From positions 480,001-544,000 of the forward strand of contig CAWBMV010000001.1 in NCBI GenBank assembly GCA_963789955.1: 64,000 nucleotides of DNA, in the 5' to 3' direction. Shown one piece after another: positions 46,032-57,100 of this stretch. A model generated the notes under the pieces. That model was given only the letters and a program-made list of their open reading frames with translations, did no database searches and had not been told where the DNA came from. Position numbers and translations under genes: made by a program. Source of the stretch: an uncultured Candidatus Rokubacteria bacterium. GTDB lineage: Bacteria > Methylomirabilota > Methylomirabilia > Rokubacteriales > CSP1-6. Position 1 is the stretch's first letter. Every line of letters starts with the position of its first letter.

Positions 46032-46202
46032 TCAGCCACTTAGCCGGCTCGCTCTCCGCGCTGTCACCGAGTTGTCCCCGGAATTGTCACTGAGCGGACC
46101 GGAATCCGGCGTCGTTCCCAACAGTGTAGTGAGCTCGGTGTCCGCGTCGCGGAGATCGCTCTCGGCGACGATCGCGTAGCGCCGGTACATAGCCTCGGTC
46201 TT
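46032..46202 (-). pseudogene. Second tyrosine integrase C-terminal remnant
   Basis: KTEAMYRRYAIVAESDLRDA...; 46144-46182 is identical to 43157-43195 (39 bp). Confidence 0.8.
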
Positions 46203-46440
46203 GCGCCGCTGGCGCGAGCTCCTGGACAGCTACCTCGGCGTGGCCCGGCGGCATCTCGAGCGGTTCCGCGGGAAAGAAGTCGACGTGGCCGGCGACGGTC
46301 TCTTCGCCGTCTTCGACGGCCCGGTGCGGGCGATCCGTTGCGCCTGCGCCATCCGCGATGCAGTCCAGCCGCTCGGTCTCGAAGTACGAGCGGGCTTTCA
46401 CACCGGGGAGTGCCAGGTCGCGGGAACAAAGTTCAGCGGC
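46203..46440 (+). pseudogene. Class III adenylate/guanylate cyclase internal fragment
   Basis: RWRELLD...GKEVDVAGDGLFAVFDGPVRAIRCA...GLEVRAGFHTGEC; both ends missing. Confidence 0.75.
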
Positions 46441-46699
46441 GCCGACGGCCGAGTCAAGGCGCGGGTCGCGGTGGGGGAGGCGTGGGCGCGAGCCGCCTCC
46501 ACGACCTTGGAGCGCGGAGCCGTCGGCGACATCATGTCGAGCCGGCGACATGATGTCGCCAACGGAGGCGACGAGGCTGACTTCCGCGATCTCGTCTCTT
46601 CAACGTTGGCGCGCATTCCGGGGCCATTCCCGACTTGGCAGCGACCTTGCCCTCTTGCGGCGAACCGGAAGCCCACCAATTCCTAAAGGAGGCGAGGAA

Positions 46700-46963
46700 A
46701 TGAGGACGATCCTTCTCACTCTTGCGCTTGTCGCAATGGTCGCGACGCCGGTGGCCGCGGCCAGTGACGCCGAGCGGTGCGACATGGCCCAGCTGCAGAT
46801 CGACAGAGCGTACGGTAAGCGCTTCGACAAGCAGGCCGCCCAGGTCCGCACGCAGCAGGTCCAGGCGCAGAGGCTGCACAAGCAAGGCAAGCACTCCGAT
46901 GCGCTGAAGGTATACGAAGCGGCCGCCAAGACGGGCGGCGTCACACTGACGTACCCGAAGTAG
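46700..46963 (+). CDS. Small secreted helical protein
   Basis: SD AAGGAGG, signal peptide MRTILLTLALVAMVATPVAA, downstream hairpin at about 46975-47000. Confidence 0.7.
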   Translation: MRTILLTLALVAMVATPVAAASDAERCDMAQLQIDRAYGKRFDKQAAQVRTQQVQAQRLHKQGKHSDALKVYEAAAKTGGVTLTYPK

Positions 46964-47055
46964 CTCCGTCGCGGGCCGGCTCCGGGGTCTCCGGAGCCGC
47001 GCCGTGCAAACCCTTACCCGTCCGGTTGCAGACGCGCGCGTGCTAGGCTTCTGCC

Positions 47056-47180
47056 GTGGTCAAGATCGTCCCGTCCGGAGAGTTCGTCCCGTTCGAGCGC
47101 CGCGCCATCGAGCAGAGTATCGGGCGTCGATTCGTTGAGCGGGCAAGCAGGGATCCTGAGCGTATCGCGGTCAAGGTATG
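47056..47180 (+). pseudogene. N-terminal fragment of an AMP-binding (adenylation) enzyme
   Basis: FVPFERRAIEQSIGRRFVERASRDPERIAVK, after which similarity is lost. Confidence 0.45.
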
Positions 47181-47262
47181 GTCGGGCTGCCCCCGGGGGG
47201 GCGGCGGGTGGTGCCGAGAACGGCCGTTCCGTCAACCGGGCCTTTATGCGGCCCATGCTCTC

Positions 47263-47572
47263 TCACCACGTCAGCTCACGAAGTTCACCCGGCGCCATTG
47301 ATGAGGCCCCGCGGACGATTGCTTCCGTATGTTCGCGGAGCCGGCCATCTCGTCGTCGGGAGTACGAGGATCGAAAGCCTGCGTCCGGTCAGATTCTGCT
47401 GATGACGTAGGTTGCGATCTGTCGTGACGAGCACGTCGAAGTCGTCCTCTGCCGCTGCCAGCAGCTCCCCGTTGCTCAGCGCCGCCCACCCGAGCTCGTA
47501 CGCCGTCGAGACTTGATGGCCAACAAGAGTGTGTCGCAGTGGGGCCGGGGTTCCTTGATCGAGGAGTATCCG
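47263..47572 (-). pseudogene. PIN-like (DUF5615-type) toxin gene lacking a start codon
   Basis: Manual translation RILLDQGTPAPLRHTLVGHQVSTAYELGWAALSNGELLAAAEDDFDVLVTTDRNLRHQQNL...; frameshift near 47340. Confidence 0.7.
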
Positions 47573-48048
47573 TGACAGCGCGCTGGCATCCGGTGACGCC
47601 GGTAAACCCTCAGGCCGAGTGTTCAGTGTCGCTCACGAGATGGACACGCTGGTGAGGCGGCCGGATGACATTCGACGAGAGGGTCGATACATGTTGCGCC
47701 CGTGCGACTAGACTTGCGCGGTGACGGGCTTGCTAGTTCGAGCCGACGAGATCATGGACGACTGAAAACTAGGGCCGCGCCGTTGACAACCTATAGTCGT
47801 AAGTTCATCGTTATAGGACGCTGACCGGTACAGGCGTACCACACCAACCTCAGGCTCGCCCCCGAGGGCGCTCGCTGCAATGATGGAACAGTGATCCAGT
47901 CGCATTCTCGGAGTTGATGCCATAGGCGGCGAGTCTCAGAAATTTGCGGCTCTGGAAACCGGGTCAATCCGGCAAGATGTCTGATAGCGCGCCCGTCTGC
48001 TTCGGAGCGCGACTAGAGGACGCACTGCTTCGGGCTATGCTTCCGCCT

Positions 48049-48288
48049 CTATCGACGCACGACCAACCCCAACGCGGCGACTACAACACAAAAAATTACA
48101 AACAGCAAAAGCGCGATCTTGAACTCCAGGCTGCTCTTGATGTCCGGCCACACCGCTCGAGCGCGTTCTAACTCGACGAGGAGCCACCGCTTTGTTCGGA
48201 TGACTCTCGCCATCGATTTCCCTCTTGTGAATAGCCGGCGCCCGTTGTCAGCGACGACGAACCCAGCGAGGAGCGATCGCATGTTCAT
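48049..48288 (-). CDS. Small hypothetical membrane protein
   Basis: SD GAGGAG before ATG; C-terminal TM helix. Confidence 0.4.
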   Translation of the reverse strand: MNMRSLLAGFVVADNGRRLFTRGKSMARVIRTKRWLLVELERARAVWPDIKSSLEFKIALLLFVIFCVVVAALGLVVRR

Positions 48289-48594
48289 GTGACGCTCCTC
48301 GAGGATTTCGTGCTGTCAGTTGTGACTGCAGACGAAATGCCAGCGTTGAAATATCCCGGAAGACCAAATACTTAAGCTTTCAAGGCCAAAGGCGGACCGT
48401 CAGGAGACGGACAGTCGGGTAAGTGTTACCGGGAAGGGATGCACTCGCCGGTGGGCGCCGGCGGCAAGAGGAGGAACCCCAGGCGTGCCATAGCTAATAC
48501 CGAGGCAGGGTTGGCCGCACTGTCTTAGGGTGATCAAACTCCCTGTTCTCAGCGCATACATCGACGCGAGTAGGCTCCTCTTGGCAGTTAACGA

Positions 48595-49497
48595 TCAATC
48601 CACTTGGACGTTCGTCGGAATGCTTGGCGCAGTGCCGACGCTGGGGCCACACCCGATCCGCTGCGTGCTCACGACGACGTCGTCCACATATTCGTGCTGG
48701 GTCGGCACGTTGATGCCGCTGCCGCTGAACGTGAGCTGCACCGCGCCGGTCTGGAGGTTGCTCGTGTCGCGGAAGCGGCGTCCCGTCACTTCCTTCGCGA
48801 GCACGCCGTTGATGTAGATCCGCTCGTACCCGTCATGCTGCCCCGGCGTGTTGGCCTGAAGCTCGTGCTCGACGCACACCCACTGGTTCAACGACATCTG
48901 GAGCGCCGACTGATTGAATTCGCCGAAGCCCGGCGCCATCTCCGGATGGTAGGTGTAGAGCGAATAGGTTTCATTAACCGGTGTGGTGAGGGTGACGAGC
49001 GCCGAGTAATAGAAGTCCGACCCGGAGGGCCTGACCCCCGCCTTCCCGAAGCCCGACCATGGGTTGAACGGCCCGCTCAGGCCGCTCTGGAGCCCGTACT
49101 GCGCGATCATCTTGCCGCAGGCGAGCGAGGCGGGCCAGCACTGCCAGGTGGCCTCGCGTTTCCAGAAGGCCCGCACGAAGAGGTGAGCGTAACCGGCCGT
49201 CGCCACCGTGGGCACGGCGCCTGTCGCGGTGAGCCACGTCGTGAGCCAGCCGCCATCGCCGCCCTGCGGCCACGTCACCTGGAGCGCATGGGTGCCCTGG
49301 TGCACTTGCGTCGTGACGATCTGGTGGAGTGCGGGACTGTACCCATCCGCCCAGCGGCCCGGCAGCGTCGTCTCAAAATCCTCGCAGAAGATCACAGCCG
49401 GACTGGAGCAAATCGGCTCCAGCGCCATAACTGGAGTGGCAATAGCCGCAGCCCCGAACAGAGAAATCATAATGAGCGCGCGTGCCATAACGCCCAT
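48595..49497 (-). CDS. Secreted beta-jelly-roll protein, polysaccharide-lyase-like
   Basis: Signal peptide, FCEDFE start, NQWVCVE..L..NTPG..DG..RIYING, YVDDVVVST; SD GGAGG. Confidence 0.65.
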   Translation of the reverse strand: MGVMARALIMISLFGAAAIATPVMALEPICSSPAVIFCEDFETTLPGRWADGYSPALHQIVTTQVHQGTHALQVTWPQGGDGGWLTTWLTATGAVPTVATAGYAHLFVRAFWKREATWQCWPASLACGKMIAQYGLQSGLSGPFNPWSGFGKAGVRPSGSDFYYSALVTLTTPVNETYSLYTYHPEMAPGFGEFNQSALQMSLNQWVCVEHELQANTPGQHDGYERIYINGVLAKEVTGRRFRDTSNLQTGAVQLTFSGSGINVPTQHEYVDDVVVSTQRIGCGPSVGTAPSIPTNVQVD

Positions 49498-49996
49498 GTC
49501 AGTTTGGTCCTCCTGGTCGTCCTCGAATGCGCATATTGCCGACTAGAGTCCAATTCGCGAATGCAAAAGAGTGAAGCGAGCTCGTGCGAGTGCCCCGCGC
49601 TCGCCGCATCTGGAGCAAGTCATGGGCCATTCGATTGGCCAACAATCCTGGAGCGATGATTGAACCCCGCGTGCCGGCACCGATCCGAGAGTGCTTCGCA
49701 TCTCGCTGTTCGTCTGAGTCTTCTCATGTCGATCCGCCATCCCGCGCTCGCATCACGCCCCGCGCGGTGCGGGCTCCAGCTCCGGCGAACTACTGCCGCC
49801 CGGCGGGTTGGACGAGCTACGGGACGGGAGAGTGCGCCGTTGGGTGAGTAACCCTTCGAGCGCATGCACTCGATCATTGGCTTGGGTAGTGGAAGGATCG
49901 GACGATGTCAAGAGCCCGTTGACCAAACCTTTGCAGACAGGCTAATCTCGGCGCACCTTCTCGGCCCCTTCACCGACCTAGCCGTAGGAGCCCGTG

Positions 49997-51461
49997 ATGA
50001 AGTGCTTCCGATGCCAGCAGGAGAATCCCGTTGGCGCGCAGTTCTGCGGCCAATGTGGGGCGCAGCTCGAACTACTGTGCGTCGGCTGCCAAACACCCAA
50101 CCCTCCCGCAAATAGGTTCTGCCATAGGTGCGGTCAACCCTTGGCGACCGCCGCCCGGCCAGTTTCAGTTCCCACGGCAGTGATGCCGCACGAGGATCCG
50201 TCGGTCGCCCGTTACGACCACGGGACCGAGCGCCGTGGGCCCACTGTCCGGACGCGACTAGAACCGGGCGATCTGCGGGGCCAGGATCGAGAGCCGGCTG
50301 ATGTCGGATCTGCGGGATCCAGGGCGAAACCCAAGCGCCTGTGCATCGTTTCCACCGATCGGCTCGTGACCGGCGAGTTCCTCCGAGGCCCTCCAAGTAT
50401 CGCTGGACCCAGACGACGAGTTCGAGATCATCCCGGACCGCCGACGAGCCAACCCCTCGGAGATCAAACCCGGCGCAGCGGATCAGCCGTCCATCGATCG
50501 CCGCCGCCGCCCGTACGTCGACCTCGCGTTGAAGAACAAGGGCTACGCCATCGTGCCCGCCCCAGTCGCCTACCCGCTGAAGATCGCTGACCAGCTTGCA
50601 CCGGACGTCCCGACGCCGCCAATTGAGCGTCTCCCGCTCGGCGATTCCGACGAGGGCAATGACGAGCTTGAGCGCATCCTGCAGTTCAAGCGCCGGCAGG
50701 CGGTCGGCATCGGTTCGTGGTTGATCGCGACGCTGCTAGTGGGTGTAATCCTGGTTCTGCTTTCCCAGCTGCCGGCGGTGAAAACCTTTATGAGTCGACC
50801 CGGCGCCGGAGCGCTGTCGTCCTCGACCCCGCAAGCGCCTCTGGAGCACATTCCGACGATCGCCGAGAATCCCTCGCCGACCTCCCAGGCCCCTGCAGCA
50901 CTTCAAGCCGAGGGGCCGGAGAGGCTGAAGGCCGTGACGCCGGAGGTCGTGACGCCGGAGGTCGTGACGCCGCAGGTCGTGACGCCGGAGGCCGTGACGC
51001 CGGAGGCCGTGACGCCGCAGGCCGCCAGGCCGGAGACCGTGCGACCGCGCCAGAGCCGGGAAGCTGCGCGCCCGCGTGACGCGCGCACCCAGCCCAAACC
51101 CGCGCCCGAGCCACTCGTCACCATGCTACCGCCGGCCGCGGAGAGCCGCGATGTTGGTTCGCCGCGGCTTGCAGGCCTGCCGCGGGTGGACGTGGTCCGC
51201 AATCCTGCGGCGGCTTCGGAGGGGCGGGTCGAGGCTTACGTCGCGCGGATCTCGGACGCCGCTGGGCAGCCTCTCGCCGGAGCCGAGGTTTCTCTCGTCG
51301 GCAGCATGGAGGACGGCACCGTATTCGACGCCCCGCTGGAACCCGGTCCCGAGCCCGGCACCTACCGCGGAACGGGGCCGCCCGGGCGTTCGGCCCTTGT
51401 CGATTTGCGGATCCGTGTGCGCACGAGCGACAGACGAGTCGAGATCCCTTTGAGGCCGTAA
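49997..51461 (+). CDS. Double zinc-ribbon membrane protein with Pro-rich linker and C-terminal Ig-like (FixH/YtkA-like) domain; frameshift near 50390
   Basis: CFRC..FCGQCG..CVGC..FCHRCG; TM helix; D.AGQPLAGAEV.L...M.DG...PGTYRG. Confidence 0.6.
50931..51035 (+). repeat. Coding 15-bp tandem repeat (6 copies plus 1 degenerate)
   Basis: G(C/T)CGTGACGCCG(G/C)AG encoding (A/V)VTP(E/Q). Confidence 0.92.
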
Positions 51462-51662
51462 TGTCGTGCGGTTTCGAATCTGTGAGAATTTGTGGGACTC
51501 GCCGCGACGAGGAAAGGCGAGCCCGTCGCGATCCTCCCGATGCCGCTTCAGGTCGTGGTCCTCACCAATGAGGAGCGCGAATGGCGTGACGAGCTAGCCT
51601 GGGCTCTTTCGGAAGCCACCGGGTCTGCACTCACCATGAGTACCGATACGCGCAGAAGCTCG

Positions 51663-52478
51663 CTACCATCGGGGCTCTGGGGGCATCTCCGCTCTCGAGT
51701 TTAGACCGGGTTCGGGCCACTCCCTATAGCTTACTCGCCAACCTTCACCCTCGGCGGCAACCGCCCCGACATAATCCGGTCCGAGAGACAGTATCCGAAC
51801 CAAGCAGTCTCTACGCGGACCGCTGTCTCCCAACAACCTGACTCTCGCCACGAGTTCCTCGGGGGCAGACAGCACTTCGCAACGATTCAAGTCGACTGAC
51901 AAACCCGTCCCGATCGCCTTCAGATAGGCTTCCTTGCATGTCCACAAGGTGAAAAACGAGCGGTTGGCTTGATTCTCCGGCAACTGTTGCAAGCGTTCGA
52001 ATTCTTTTGGTGCGAAGAACCGCTCAGCCAGTTTCAGACTGTCCACGCTGTCGCGAATCCGTTCCAGATCAATCCCGACCTCGCGGTTGTGCGCAACCGC
52101 GATCAGAGCAAAGTCGTGTGAATGCGCGAGATTGAATCGCACTTTCTCAACCGCTCCACGTGGTCCGGCCAGAGACGGTTTCCCGTGCCGACCAGCGGTG
52201 AACGTCAAGGCCCCCGGCTGCTCGTTCACATACCGACCGATAATCGTTCTGAGCATGCCGTGAGCAGCGACAAAACGTACGCGCGCGTCCTCGAAGGCCA
52301 ACCGCTCAGCTCTAGCGCATTCTTCAGGGGAGAGGAAGGCTCTTAGTTGAGAAAGCCGTGACTCGGTCGGCCGGAGTGAGATATGCCACACGTGGATTTC
52401 GGATGCCTTCAGGTGAAAAGGTTCACCCGGAAGAGGTTGTGGAAAATTCCCGCGTCGGCCAGTTCGGCCGCTCACCAT
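51663..52478 (-). CDS. Sfp-type 4'-phosphopantetheinyl transferase
   Basis: FNLAHSH, VGIDLE, FFTLWTCKEAYLKAIGTGL. Start codon uncertain. Confidence 0.92.
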   Translation of the reverse strand: MVSGRTGRRGNFPQPLPGEPFHLKASEIHVWHISLRPTESRLSQLRAFLSPEECARAERLAFEDARVRFVAAHGMLRTIIGRYVNEQPGALTFTAGRHGKPSLAGPRGAVEKVRFNLAHSHDFALIAVAHNREVGIDLERIRDSVDSLKLAERFFAPKEFERLQQLPENQANRSFFTLWTCKEAYLKAIGTGLSVDLNRCEVLSAPEELVARVRLLGDSGPRRDCLVRILSLGPDYVGAVAAEGEGWRVSYREWPEPGLNSRAEMPPEPRW

Positions 52479-52494
52479 ACGGGGCAATTGCAAA

Positions 52495-54174
52495 TCATGC
52501 CCGGACCGGCGCCTCTCGGAAGGACGATCCGTTCCACGAGCTGACGATCTTACCCTCATCTAATTTGATGATCCGATCGCCAAGGTGAAAATACCGATCG
52601 TCATGAGTGATGATCGCCACGCCCTTGCCTCGGGCCCGCAGTTCGGGAAGCAGTTCGGTGTAGAAAACCTCTTTGTACTGGGGATCCTGGTCCGCCGCCC
52701 ACTCATCGAACACGTAGAAAGGTCTATCTTCGAGGTAGGCCGTGAGCAAGGCCAGTCTCCTCCGTTGACCTTGGGAGAGATCGGTCGTCGAGAGACGCTG
52801 CTCGGTGACCTGCACCTTTTGATCAAGCGCAAGGTAACGCAAATACATCTGGGCTCTGACATCCAGGGTCTTCTTATCCAGACCCAAGAATCTCTCGAAA
52901 AGGTAGAAATCGGAGAAGACGACCGAGAAGTGTTGACGATACCAGTCTCGGTTCGAGTCCGCGATCGGCGTTTCGCCCAAGCGGATATCACCTCGTCGCT
53001 GACGATACAACCCCACCAGGAGTTTGACAAAGGTGGACTTGCCGCTCCCATTTCCGCCGACGATGAAGACCAACTCGCCTGGATCTAGCCGGAAGTCGAC
53101 AGGACCGAGCACAAACGGGTTGTCTCCTGGTCCATCGTCTTCATAAGTGAATACGACTCCGTTCAATTCAAGCCTTGCCGTCTGCAAGGTCTGTCGGTGG
53201 GACCTTGTGTCCGCCTCCTTGGCGTCCTCGCGCGACTCGAACCCGAGTCCCAGTTCCTCGATCTTTTCGAGCGCGACCTGGCCCCTGATCAGCGCAGGCA
53301 CCGTCCCAATCACTGCCCATAGTGGGCTCATCATGTAGAGGACGGTGAACACATACCCAGTCAGGGATTCGGCCGGGAGGGTGAAGAGACTGGGGAAGAC
53401 CAAGAGTATCGCGCCGATCAAACCATAGAACAGGAGTTGTGTCCAACCGTCGGCAATCATGTATTGCCTGGTGGCGACGAGATTGAGATGGCGCAGCGAC
53501 AGCGCGGTCTGCATCACGTCTTCCGAGAGGAACGCTTCACGGCGCCCACGGTGCATCATCAGTTCTTTGATGCCCTCGGTCAGACTTCTGAAATGACGGA
53601 ACAGGGAGGCGCGACTGTCCCGGGCGGCATAGATGACTCGAAAGGCTCGGTCGTGGAGGAGTTTGTACGTCAGGGCCCCAACGAGCATGAGAGCGACCAC
53701 GCCCAAGAAGATCGGCCAGGATAACCATGCGAGATATGCGGCCCCTCCGACCAACACGGCGCCGTTGATGGTGAGACCCGGTACACATTGCAGAGCCCAT
53801 GCGACCGCGCTGACATCGTCGGTCAGGACCGCCAGAACATGCGATGGACCCGTTTTCTCCAACGTGCGCAAAGAGGTCCTCGTCACCTGCGCACAGAGGT
53901 TCCGGCCCAGATCGAGAACGGCATCCTGCACGAGATACACCAAAGACAACTGCGACACACCGTGCGATGCGATCTTCGCGGCGGCCAGTACGGCGAACAG
54001 CAGGCCGAACGCACGAGGCACGCCACCGGTTTGATGGACGAGAACATTGATGATCGCCAGAAGGCCGGCGCTGCAGATCCCTGAGAGCAATCCAGTCGCG
54101 ACGAGAACCACAAGTGTACGTTTGGGCCCGCGCAGAAGGAAACGAGCAAGTCGAGACAGGTTCATGCTACTCAT
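52495..54174 (-). CDS. Cyclic-peptide export ABC transporter (PvdE/SyrD family)
   Basis: TM domain plus GGNGSGKST, FSVVFSDFYLF, LSQGQRRRLAL, FDEWAADQDP, ITHDDRYF. Confidence 0.93.
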   Translation of the reverse strand: MSSMNLSRLARFLLRGPKRTLVVLVATGLLSGICSAGLLAIINVLVHQTGGVPRAFGLLFAVLAAAKIASHGVSQLSLVYLVQDAVLDLGRNLCAQVTRTSLRTLEKTGPSHVLAVLTDDVSAVAWALQCVPGLTINGAVLVGGAAYLAWLSWPIFLGVVALMLVGALTYKLLHDRAFRVIYAARDSRASLFRHFRSLTEGIKELMMHRGRREAFLSEDVMQTALSLRHLNLVATRQYMIADGWTQLLFYGLIGAILLVFPSLFTLPAESLTGYVFTVLYMMSPLWAVIGTVPALIRGQVALEKIEELGLGFESREDAKEADTRSHRQTLQTARLELNGVVFTYEDDGPGDNPFVLGPVDFRLDPGELVFIVGGNGSGKSTFVKLLVGLYRQRRGDIRLGETPIADSNRDWYRQHFSVVFSDFYLFERFLGLDKKTLDVRAQMYLRYLALDQKVQVTEQRLSTTDLSQGQRRRLALLTAYLEDRPFYVFDEWAADQDPQYKEVFYTELLPELRARGKGVAIITHDDRYFHLGDRIIKLDEGKIVSSWNGSSFREAPVRA

Positions 54175-54191
54175 GCCCGAGGCAGGGCCGC

Positions 54192-57100
54192 CTATGGCTT
54201 GGCCGGATCGATCCGATCGGCGTTTTCTGAGGTCGCTAGATCTGATTGCGGGACCTGAGCTGAAGACGTCTGATCGAAATACTCGTCGAGATGATGTGCG
54301 AGCTCCTGAACGTGGACGGGCATGAAGAGCCGGCCCGAATCCTCAGCGGGGATGAAAACCGTTTGACCACCCTTCAGCGCCAGCTCATTCCACGTCAATC
54401 GTGTGTCCGCCGTCGAACTCGATAGTAGTCGTGTCGCAGCGATCACATTGAGTAGACATCCGGGGTATGGCCGAGGCTGATAGCGCGCGACCGCATGGAA
54501 GGTCGTCGAGGTGACCAGATCGGTGTAGTACTCCTCACGACCAAGGGGGAACCGTCTCCCTTCCAGTCGATTCGTGATCGACGGGATCTTGCCTCGCCAA
54601 TGAGAGGGCCACTCACGAAAAGGCAGGTGCCAGGACTCTCTGCAGGATCTGATGGTCTTTCTCAACAGGTAGATGGTCGGCCTCAGAATGAACGGCGGTG
54701 CATTGCGGTAGGCCTGATGGGATCGAGGATGCCAGGATTCCATAATCGCAAGGGTGACTTGTTCGCCCTGCCCCATCAATTGCTGAGCCATTTCATACGC
54801 GACCGCGCCTCCAGTGCAGGTTCCTCCAATGAGATAGGGTCCTTTCGGCCGCACGCCACGGATCTCCTGGACATAGTGTGCGGCCATCTCCTCCACACGC
54901 GTGAACGGCCGTGCCTCGCCATCGAGTCCACGCGCCTGGAGCCCAAAGACCGGTTGCTCCTGGCCCAATTGTTTGGCGAGATGAGCAAAGACGAGCACGT
55001 TACCCCCGACGCCTGGGACAAGGAAGATTGGAGGCCTTGTGCCCCTTGCTTGAATGGCCACCAGAGAGTCCCACCGAATCGTGCACCCTTCCTGGTTGAG
55101 CACCTCGGCGAGCAACTCGATTGTCGGCGCCTGAAGGAGCAGCGACATCGGCAGTCGCTTGCCCACGGTCTGTTCGATCGCCCCGAAGATTTGGAGCGCC
55201 AACAAGGAATGGCCTCCGAGGTCGAAGAAATTGTCCCGCACTCCGATCGGGGCCACGCCCAAGACCTGCTCCCAAATCGCAGTCAGTTGCAGTTCCAAGC
55301 GGTTCCGTGGTGTCACGCTTCCGATCGGGCCGTCGGGAGCTTCATCGCCGGGAGGAGGCAGCGCGAGCCGATCGACCTTTCCGTTTGGAGTCACCGGCAG
55401 TGCACTCAGCCGAACAACGGCCGCTGGCACCATGTATTCCGGCAGTTGTTCTCTCAACTTTCGGCGGATCCGCCCCGGCTGAAGAACATGGCCGTCGTGC
55501 GGAACCACATAGGCCACGACTCGCTTCTCGCCCGGAGTATCCTGGCGCACCATCACCACGCACTGCTTCACTTCGGCGCAGTCGCTCAGGGCCGTTTCGA
55601 TCTCGCCGAGCTCGATTCGGAATCCTCGGACCTTGACCTGATGATCCGTCCGTCCGAGGCAATCAATGCGACCGTCGGGGAGCCAGCGAGCCTGGTCTCC
55701 GGTTCTGTACAACCGCTCGTTGCCGCCGCGCAGAAATGGACTGGCGATAAACTTTGCGGCGGTGACGTCCGGCGCGTCTCGATACCCTCTGGCGAGCCCC
55801 AGGCCGCCGATATACAACTCCCCGGGGATCCCGACTGGGACGGGTTCCAACTTGGAGTCCAGGATATAGACCTGTGTGTTACCGATGGGGCGTCCAATCG
55901 AGACCGGACTCTCACCCGGCTCCACTTTGTGGACGGTCGACCAGATGGTGGTCTCTGTCGGTCCGTACATATTCCACACTGACCCGGCACGTGCGTGAAG
56001 CGCCTCCGAAAGATCGCGGGGCAGGGCTTCGCCGCCGCACAAAATCTTCAGCTCCGGATTTCCCGCCCACCCGGCTGCAAGGACCATGCGCCACGTTGCG
56101 GGTGTTGCCTGCATCACGGTGACCCGGGTTGCCTCCAGCTGCCCCTTCAACCATGCGCCGTCCGCCGCTTCATCTCGAGTCGCCAAGATGGTTGTCGCTC
56201 CGACTAGGAGCGGGAGAAACAATTCCAGTCCTGCGATATCAAAGGCCAAGGTCGTGACGGAGAGCAATACATCGTGGTCCGTCAATCCGGGTTTGTGCCG
56301 CATCGATTGCAGGCAATTCACGAGCGCGCCATGTTCGATTTCCACGCCCTTGGGTTGCCCGGTCGATCCAGACGTATAGATCAGATAGGCGAGGTTCCTG
56401 ATCCGGCGAGCGGGAAAGGGTTGTCTTTCCTTTGACGCGCGAAGGATTTCTGTTCGGAATCGAGGTCGATCACTCGCGCATGACGATCGGAAATGGTCTT
56501 GGCGAAGCTTCGTGTGGTGAGAAGTAGCGCAGCCCCGCTATTTTCCAGCATGAACGACACGCGTCTCGTCGGAAGCCCGGTGTCCAGGGGAAGATATGCC
56601 CCCCCGGCCTTCATGATTCCAAGCAAGCAAATCAGAACGTCCAGTGACCGTTCCATGAGAACGGCCACGACGACATCCGGCCCCACCCCACGGCTGCGCA
56701 GCCAGTGCGCGACTTGATTGGCGCGCAGGTTCAGCTCGGCATACGTCAGCGCCGACCCCTGCGACTCGGCGGCAATCGCCTCCGGTGTTCTGATGACCTG
56801 TTCTTCAACGAGCTGTGGCAGGCACCGGTCCGTGAGCTCGTCGGCTCTCGTGGCATTCCATTCGACCAAGATCGCTCGTCGTTCACTCTCAGAGAGCAGC
56901 CGTAAGCGAGCGACGGCGGTTCCTGGCTGTTCGACCACCGCTTCGAGTAGCGTTCGATAGTGCGTCAGCCACCGCTCCATCGACGCACGGTCGAATAGAT
57001 CCGTGTCGAACTCGAGATAGACGCGACGCGAGACGGTTCGATCGATCGAGACGCTGAGGTCCAGTTGCGATGCGCCACGATCGATCTCACACGGTGCCCA

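Noticed and set aside
50931..51035. CRISPR array
   Set aside because: Contiguous 15-bp in-frame units with no spacers, and no cas genes in the window.
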